From an uncultured Candidatus Saccharibacteria bacterium (GTDB lineage: Bacteria > Patescibacteriota > Minisyncoccia > UBA6257 > JACOXY01): a stretch of DNA of 64,000 nucleotides. The stretch lies in contig CAYHMC010000002.1 in assembly GCA_964357615.1 (NCBI GenBank), positions 71,481 to 135,480 of the forward strand, given 5' to 3'. This document shows, in pieces, positions 59,352 to 64,000 of this stretch; positions within the stretch are counted from its first letter, which is position 1; each line of letters opens with the position of its first letter. The notes under the pieces were generated by a model that was not told where the DNA came from, made no database searches, and saw only the letters and a program-made list of their open reading frames with translations. A program made the translations under genes and the position numbers.

Positions 59352-59837
59352 CTAGAACTCTGGTACAGCAGACACTTGAAAGTTTTTCATTTCCATAGCA
59401 ATTTTTTCTTCTGAACACGGCAAGACCCAATCACCCAAAGATTTTAAAAAGAATTCTCTTCGAGATTCAAAAAAATCTTCTTTGTAGTGCTTTATTGGAT
59501 GACTCTCGGGAGTAAACTCATAATGTCCTCGAATTTCTCCGTCATCAAAGAAGCGTATGTGATATTGAAATTCATAATTTTCGCGATATCTTAAGCCAAA
59601 AACTTCATCTTTATCTATCCAAGCGATAAAATGATTCCCAAAACCCCGAGAAACGAGGTAATCTTTAAATTCTTCAGCCGATTTATTAGGAGCAAGATTT
59701 CCAATAACAAATGGCTGTCTACCATTTTCAAATGAATGACGAACTATACCTAAAAATTCTGCGGCGTCCCGCAGATATGGAAAAATTGGAGTTACTACAA
59801 ACCAGAAACCTGAATGAATATATTCAGAAATTCTCAT
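59352..59837 (-). CDS. Hypothetical protein
   Basis: 161-aa ORF with a QYHIRFF...HYE..PE.HP..H motif. Confidence 0.65.
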   Translation of the reverse strand: MRISEYIHSGFWFVVTPIFPYLRDAAEFLGIVRHSFENGRQPFVIGNLAPNKSAEEFKDYLVSRGFGNHFIAWIDKDEVFGLRYRENYEFQYHIRFFDDGEIRGHYEFTPESHPIKHYKEDFFESRREFFLKSLGDWVLPCSEEKIAMEMKNFQVSAVPEF

Positions 59838-60024
59838 ATATGATATGTGATTTCAGTCTATGCTTTAATTATATCACTTCTTAATTAGAGCGCTAAAGAA
59901 TATTAATATAACATTGAGGCTTAACTGTCAACCAATGCATATATTACCTGAAATTAAAAATAATTTGTCTGCTATATAGATGTGTGCTAGTATCCTCTTA
60001 GAAAAAACTAAACAAGGCAAATGA

Positions 60025-60237
60025 ATGCTAGATTCGCCACACGGTAGCCAAAATTTCTACAAAAAACGTGGTAAAGTAATAAGAGAAAGTCCCTGTGGAT
60101 GTTTTACTATTCTACGACGCATGCTAAGTCACACATTTCTATCTCCAGTAGAAGAAACATTTCACTGCCATGAACACTGCGACTGCAAGCATCCTCTCGC
60201 AGACCCTACTTACAACGGTTGGGGTGAGCTAAAGTGA
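60025..60237 (+). CDS. Small Cys/His-rich hypothetical protein
   Basis: CGC...CHEHCDCKH; GTGA overlap with the next ORF. Confidence 0.4.
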   Translation: MLDSPHGSQNFYKKRGKVIRESPCGCFTILRRMLSHTFLSPVEETFHCHEHCDCKHPLADPTYNGWGELK

Positions 60238-60425
60238 GCACCTCAGAAGAAAAAACCATTACGCTACCGCGCAATCAAGTCATTGACATTGTAGATGGAA
60301 TTGACTTTATGGTTGAAAAACTAGCGAAAGAATTACCATTCAATAATTCTTCGGTACACACAAGACTAATACTTAGGCCATTTTCAAGAAATTTAAAAAG
60401 TGTGCTCGCGAGACAAAAAAACTAA
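60234..60425 (+). CDS. Small hypothetical protein
   Basis: GGGGTGAG SD before GTG; terminator hairpin near 60450-60472. Confidence 0.5.
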   Translation: MSTSEEKTITLPRNQVIDIVDGIDFMVEKLAKELPFNNSSVHTRLILRPFSRNLKSVLARQKN

Positions 60426-60542
60426 TATAAAAATGCGAGGATTAACTCTATACCAATCTTTTAAGATTGGTATTTTTATAAACTTTTTCCCAATAAAACA
60501 ATTAAAAAAGGAATAGCGTCATAGCTAATCCTTGCAGAGTAA

Positions 60543-60830
60543 TTATTTCCTTAAACTAAAAAGTGAATCTAACTCTCTTAAAATATAATCTCGCTCAATT
60601 TGATGGAGAATAACTGGTCTTTTTAAACTATGGATTACAGCGAAAACGTCGTGCATCATAACTTCTTCAATGATATATAGGCCAGTTTCACCGCCCTCAG
60701 ATAAAGCTCGCCACATCCTCGCCCAAGACTGAAGAAAGCTAATGTCTTCAGCTTCCTTGGCGTATTCAACCCAAACATGCTTTGTATCAGAGGTAATTCT
60801 TAAGATAATAAGAATTGCAGATGACTGCAT
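60543..60830 (-). CDS. Hypothetical protein
   Basis: AGGA SD; 95-aa ORF. Confidence 0.5.
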   Translation of the reverse strand: MQSSAILIILRITSDTKHVWVEYAKEAEDISFLQSWARMWRALSEGGETGLYIIEEVMMHDVFAVIHSLKRPVILHQIERDYILRELDSLFSLRK

Positions 60831-60928
60831 ACATTTTCCTATCCTTTTAGATATTAAACTTTAGAAAGATTATCATCTTTCTTTAAAAAATAAAATAGGT
60901 TCAAGATTGTGAGAATATTTTATAAACG

Positions 60929-61384
60929 CTAATCAAGATTAAGCGGTCTTACTCTAGACATAACTAATTCTGGGTTATTCTTCCAATCATCTGAAATATC
61001 TGCATATAATTCAAGCTCATTCCCATCTGGATCCAGAATATAAATGCTATGCGTTACTACATGGTCGCTTGTTCCAATAATTGTAACTCCTTTTTCTTTT
61101 AATTCACTAAATACTTCTTTTAATTCATCGCTTGAGTCAGCAACTTTAAATCCAATGTGATATAGCCCAGGCCTCGGAACATAATCATGTTTTGATACTC
61201 CTCCAATTTCAATAAGCAATAATTCATGATGTGTTCTACCAGATGAAAATGCAACAGCTCCATTTTTCAAGCCCACCTCCATATTTCCCACCTCCATAAA
61301 CCCTAGGATGTTCCTATAAAATCCCGCCATTTTTTCAATGTCAGTAACATATAAAACAACATGACCCAATTCTTTAATTTTCAT
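60929..61384 (-). CDS. VOC/glyoxalase family protein
   Basis: LGHVVL.V, HHEL, GLYHIGF, SIY..DPDGNELE. Confidence 0.9.
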   Translation of the reverse strand: MKIKELGHVVLYVTDIEKMAGFYRNILGFMEVGNMEVGLKNGAVAFSSGRTHHELLLIEIGGVSKHDYVPRPGLYHIGFKVADSSDELKEVFSELKEKGVTIIGTSDHVVTHSIYILDPDGNELELYADISDDWKNNPELVMSRVRPLNLD

Positions 61385-61455
61385 ATTAAAATTTTAGCAC
61401 AAAATCCATAAACGCATTGCAACAAATAAAATAGCCCCTTCGGGGGGCAGTGTAT

Positions 61456-61779
61456 TTATCTAATTATGGTAGGTGCCTTATCTTGAAGATCTTCTGCTGT
61501 AAGACCAACTTCCTCGGCAAGCTTAATAACATTTACAAACATTTTTACTACATCTATTCGAAGGCTTGCTTCGTCGTCTTCAAGCATAACACCACTATGA
61601 TCGAAGCTTTCACATACCGTAGCAATCTTACCACTAGTTTTGCTAATATGGAGCAATGAATGCTTAATAAGGAAATTTTTCCTTTGATCAGAAGACATCC
61701 CTTGCAATGCGGGATATCGCTCTTCATCACAAATCCAAACAGATGCGATATGATTCATTAGCTCACGCAAGTCTTTCAT
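61456..61779 (-). CDS. Hypothetical all-helical protein, possibly MazG-like
   Basis: HSLLHI.K..GKIA..CE..DH; GGTGG SD before the ATG at 61779. Confidence 0.55.
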   Translation of the reverse strand: MKDLRELMNHIASVWICDEERYPALQGMSSDQRKNFLIKHSLLHISKTSGKIATVCESFDHSGVMLEDDEASLRIDVVKMFVNVIKLAEEVGLTAEDLQDKAPTIIR

Positions 61780-61953
61780 AAATACCACCGATTCTCTAAG
61801 AATATGTTCTTTAGAAATATTACTATTCAATAAATAGAAAAACAACCGAAGATTTATGATTCCAATGCGAGCTAAGCATTAAACAAAACTAAAACAATTT
61901 TAGATAAAATAGTCATTTGCCAATTTTAAGAATAATTGATAATATCTCCTCCA

Positions 61954-62060
61954 GGCAGTGGGTGATTGTCGTGAAATCCAGAGCACAAAGGTGCGAACGT
62001 CCGAGGCCATTATGGGACGGGAATTAAGCTAAAAAGCCGGATCGACAATCACCTGCTGCC
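61954..62060 (+). ncRNA. Unidentified structured RNA of about 107 nt
   Basis: 18-bp closing stem with two G-U pairs, multibranch core, promoter TTGCCA-17bp-TAATAT (61917-61945), terminator at 62068-62100. Confidence 0.65.
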
Positions 62061-62129
62061 CCAACACCACCTTGGGATTTTCTCGAGGTGCTATTTTTTT
62101 ATACAAATTTAGACTCCTTATATACCAGC

Positions 62130-62168
62130 AAACAATAAAGCCCAGCGATTAGCTGGGCTTTATTGTTT
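62130..62168 (-). terminator. Intrinsic terminator, probably bidirectional
   Basis: AAACAATAAAGCCCAGC-GATTA-GCTGGGCTTTATTGTTT. Confidence 0.75.
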
Positions 62169-62169
62169 T

Positions 62170-62228
62170 TGGGGTACCCAACGGATAATCTCAAATCGAG
62201 ATTAGTTTTTCTGAGACAAATTCAACCC
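62170..62228 (-). repeat. Diverged, interrupted copy of the tRNA-His 3' end (att-like)
   Basis: TGGGGTACCCAACGGA[33 nt]AATTCAACCC versus tRNA TGGGGTGCCTAACGGGAATTGAACCC. Confidence 0.55.
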
Positions 62229-62229
62229 A

Positions 62230-62463
62230 CTAGTAAGTTGAGTCTGGATTAGAATTCCCAGCAGGAGGCGCATTTTCCTTGGTGGGCAATTTGATGTTTA
62301 CATCTATACTATCCTTATTATCAGTTGTGTTTTCCTGTATTGACGGGAGAAAATAGATGAAAAACAGGACGACGAGAATAAGCGCCACAAAAACTCCAAT
62401 CACTATAGCAACTCCGGAATCTGAATCTTTTCCATGTGGAGGAGTATTAATAATAGTTGTCAT
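62230..62463 (-). CDS. Small single-TM hypothetical protein
   Basis: MTTIINTP...DSG, a TM helix, then IDVNIKLP. Confidence 0.7.
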   Translation of the reverse strand: MTTIINTPPHGKDSDSGVAIVIGVFVALILVVLFFIYFLPSIQENTTDNKDSIDVNIKLPTKENAPPAGNSNPDSTY

Positions 62464-62568
62464 ATTTTTTAATATAATTAATTCTACTTCGACCTAATAA
62501 AGCCGCTTAAAAGCAAAAATTATTACATTCTAAATAAATAAAAAAGCACAACACGTGCTTTTAATTAT

Positions 62569-62644
62569 TGGGGTGCCTAACGGGAATTGAACCCGTATCA
62601 GGAGTTCCACAAACTCCGGTGTTAACCATTACACCATAGGCACC
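62569..62644 (-). tRNA. tRNA-His (anticodon GTG)
   Basis: G-1:C73 pair, GGAGT-TTGTGGA-ACTCC anticodon arm, encoded CCA. Confidence 0.95.
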
Positions 62645-62731
62645 ATATAAAATATTGATAACTAATTATTCTAATACCAATATTCATTGAGTATATGCAT
62701 ATTTAATAGAAAAATAAACCCCCCACGCTAT

Positions 62732-63241
62732 CTATGTGGGGGTTATGGATTCACCTTTTTTCTTTTTTTTATAAGTTCGCTTCAATGAAGCCACGGGACG
62801 ATTCATTCCAATATATTGAATCTCCTTACTTAAGTCTTCTATTCTTGCTCTCGAGAGCCCTGCCATTTTAGCTATTTTTTCTCTCAAATTTTTTTCATTA
62901 ATATCTAAAACATCGCAAATATTTCTATATGAAGTAATCCAGTTACGACTATCACTATAAAACCATCTTAGGCATTCATTAATAATTTTTCTTGATCTCC
63001 ATGCTTCCATGGGCATGCTATTAGAATCTCTTATAACTCCCAAATACCTAACTAGAGTTTCTAGGGCATCTAGAATTACTGCATAAAGTAGCTTCGCTTC
63101 TGGAACATCTAAAATTGATGTTTGGGTTTCTTTGAAAAAATCTTCTGGAAAAACTAAATCAGGTTCAATTAGTGAGTTATTACCCCAATCACCCTTATTA
63201 ACATCAGACGAATTAGGCAATCCATTCATAAATAACCTCAT
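62732..63241 (-). CDS. Hypothetical protein
   Basis: PE.KLL.AVI.DA...WF.SD......SY.NICDVL motif; basic C-terminal tail. Confidence 0.7.
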   Translation of the reverse strand: MRLFMNGLPNSSDVNKGDWGNNSLIEPDLVFPEDFFKETQTSILDVPEAKLLYAVILDALETLVRYLGVIRDSNSMPMEAWRSRKIINECLRWFYSDSRNWITSYRNICDVLDINEKNLREKIAKMAGLSRARIEDLSKEIQYIGMNRPVASLKRTYKKKKKGESITPT

Positions 63242-63319
63242 TTTGGATTAATCCTTTCCTTCTTATAGCTAATCACTTTATACAACATTTCAAACAATAA
63301 TCAATGCCTTGCTCTGAAA

Positions 63320-63658
63320 TTAAACTCCAAATGATTCACCACAACCACAAGTGCGCTTCGCTTTTGAATTTACAAACTTAAAACTATTTGCCCTTAAGCT
63401 CATAATATAATCAAGTGTTGTTTCGTTAAGAAAAGCGGAGCTTTTTCTATCAATAACAATTGCAACTTTATCTTCTGGTGTTTCTCCAAAATTAAAAACT
63501 TCATCTACCTTACTATCAATTTCATTCGCAAATTCAATTTCATAATGAAAACCAGAACAACCACCAACAGTAACTTTAATTCGCAAACAATCCTTATCGT
63601 TTTTAATTAGCATCTCTTTAACTCTTTTTCTTGCAATATCAGTTACTTCAAACGACAT
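63320..63658 (-). CDS. iscA: HesB/IscA family A-type Fe-S carrier
   Basis: GGCSGF.Y, TLDY, CGCGESF; start moved to MSFEVT. Confidence 0.85.
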   Translation of the reverse strand: MSFEVTDIARKRVKEMLIKNDKDCLRIKVTVGGCSGFHYEIEFANEIDSKVDEVFNFGETPEDKVAIVIDRKSSAFLNETTLDYIMSLRANSFKFVNSKAKRTCGCGESFGV

Positions 63659-64000
63659 TTGACACCTCTTTGGTTTGCTTCTTTTTCCAATCAGAAATTG
63701 CCGCCTTAATAGCATCTTCGGCCAAAACCGAACAATGAATCTTAACTGGTGGCAGAGAAAGTTCTTCTACTATATCTGTATTTTTAATTGCCTCTGCAAA
63801 ATCTACGCTCTTACCTTTTATAATTTCAGTTAAATAAGATGACGAGGCTATTGCTGAGCCACAACCAAAAGTCTTGAACTTGGCGTCAACAATAATATCC
63901 TCTATGCTGATATTTACATTATTGCAGGCAGGACAACTTGATTCCTGTAAATTTGCTTCCCAAATATTATGGCAAGATTTACATTCGTGGCGTTGTATAA
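63648..64000 (-). CDS. iscU: Fe-S scaffold IscU (5' end outside the window) with an inserted CxxC..CxxC segment
   Basis: Manual translation ...DAKFKTFGCGSAIASSS...LSLPPVKIHCSVLAEDAIKAAI. Confidence 0.9.
   Translation of the reverse strand, partial: IQRHECKSCHNIWEANLQESSCPACNNVNISIEDIIVDAKFKTFGCGSAIASSSYLTEIIKGKSVDFAEAIKNTDIVEELSLPPVKIHCSVLAEDAIKAAISDWKKKQTKEVSNVV

Noticed and set aside
61954-62060. SRP RNA, 5S rRNA, tRNA or hammerhead ribozyme
   Set aside because: Lacks the SRP CAGG..GGAA..AGCAG motif, 5S conserved blocks, a TTCRA T-loop and the CUGANGA/GAAA core
1-64000. CRISPR array, cas genes, retron/DGR reverse transcriptase, integrase or transposase
   Set aside because: No regularly spaced direct repeats and no such protein motifs were seen
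1-64000. Alternative genetic code (TGA read as Gly or Trp)
   Set aside because: Conserved genes are full length in code 11 and TGA serves as a stop, including coupled ATGA overlaps

Overview
Low-GC bacterial window read in genetic code 11 (TGA is used as a stop, e.g. the ATGA overlap at 235-238). Gene content, AT-richness and the repeat families suggest Patescibacteria/Parcubacteria (CPR); this is an inference. 1-32.3 kb is a mostly minus-strand surface-glycan locus: GDP-heptose genes (gmhA/hddA/gmhB/HddC-like), branched/deoxy-sugar enzymes (two C3-methyltransferases, RmlC, a Gfo/Idh/MocA-RmlD fusion, a TPP E1alpha/beta pair), FkbM and CmcI methyltransferases, GtrA, GT2s, two GT-C-like membrane proteins, AsnB, two O-antigen-ligase/O-OTase paralogues (one split in two) and a large S-layer-like protein with a long structured leader. 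32.8-64 kb carries housekeeping genes (clpB, ftsK, recA, folD, glyA, dcd, yvcK, PilB/GspE ATPase, leuA, iscA, partial iscU), four tRNAs and many self-contained orphan cassettes. The strongest unexplained signals are: a dispersed ~100-130 bp mini-element family with co-varying 11-bp arms and 6-bp flanking repeats; a standalone ~107-nt structured RNA with its own promoter and terminator; a PD-(D/E)XK nuclease apparently co-transcribed with three tRNAs that read A-ending codons; a ParB/Srx-fold plus dNMP-kinase operon; and an IscU with an inserted zinc ribbon. All calls were made by eye without database searches.
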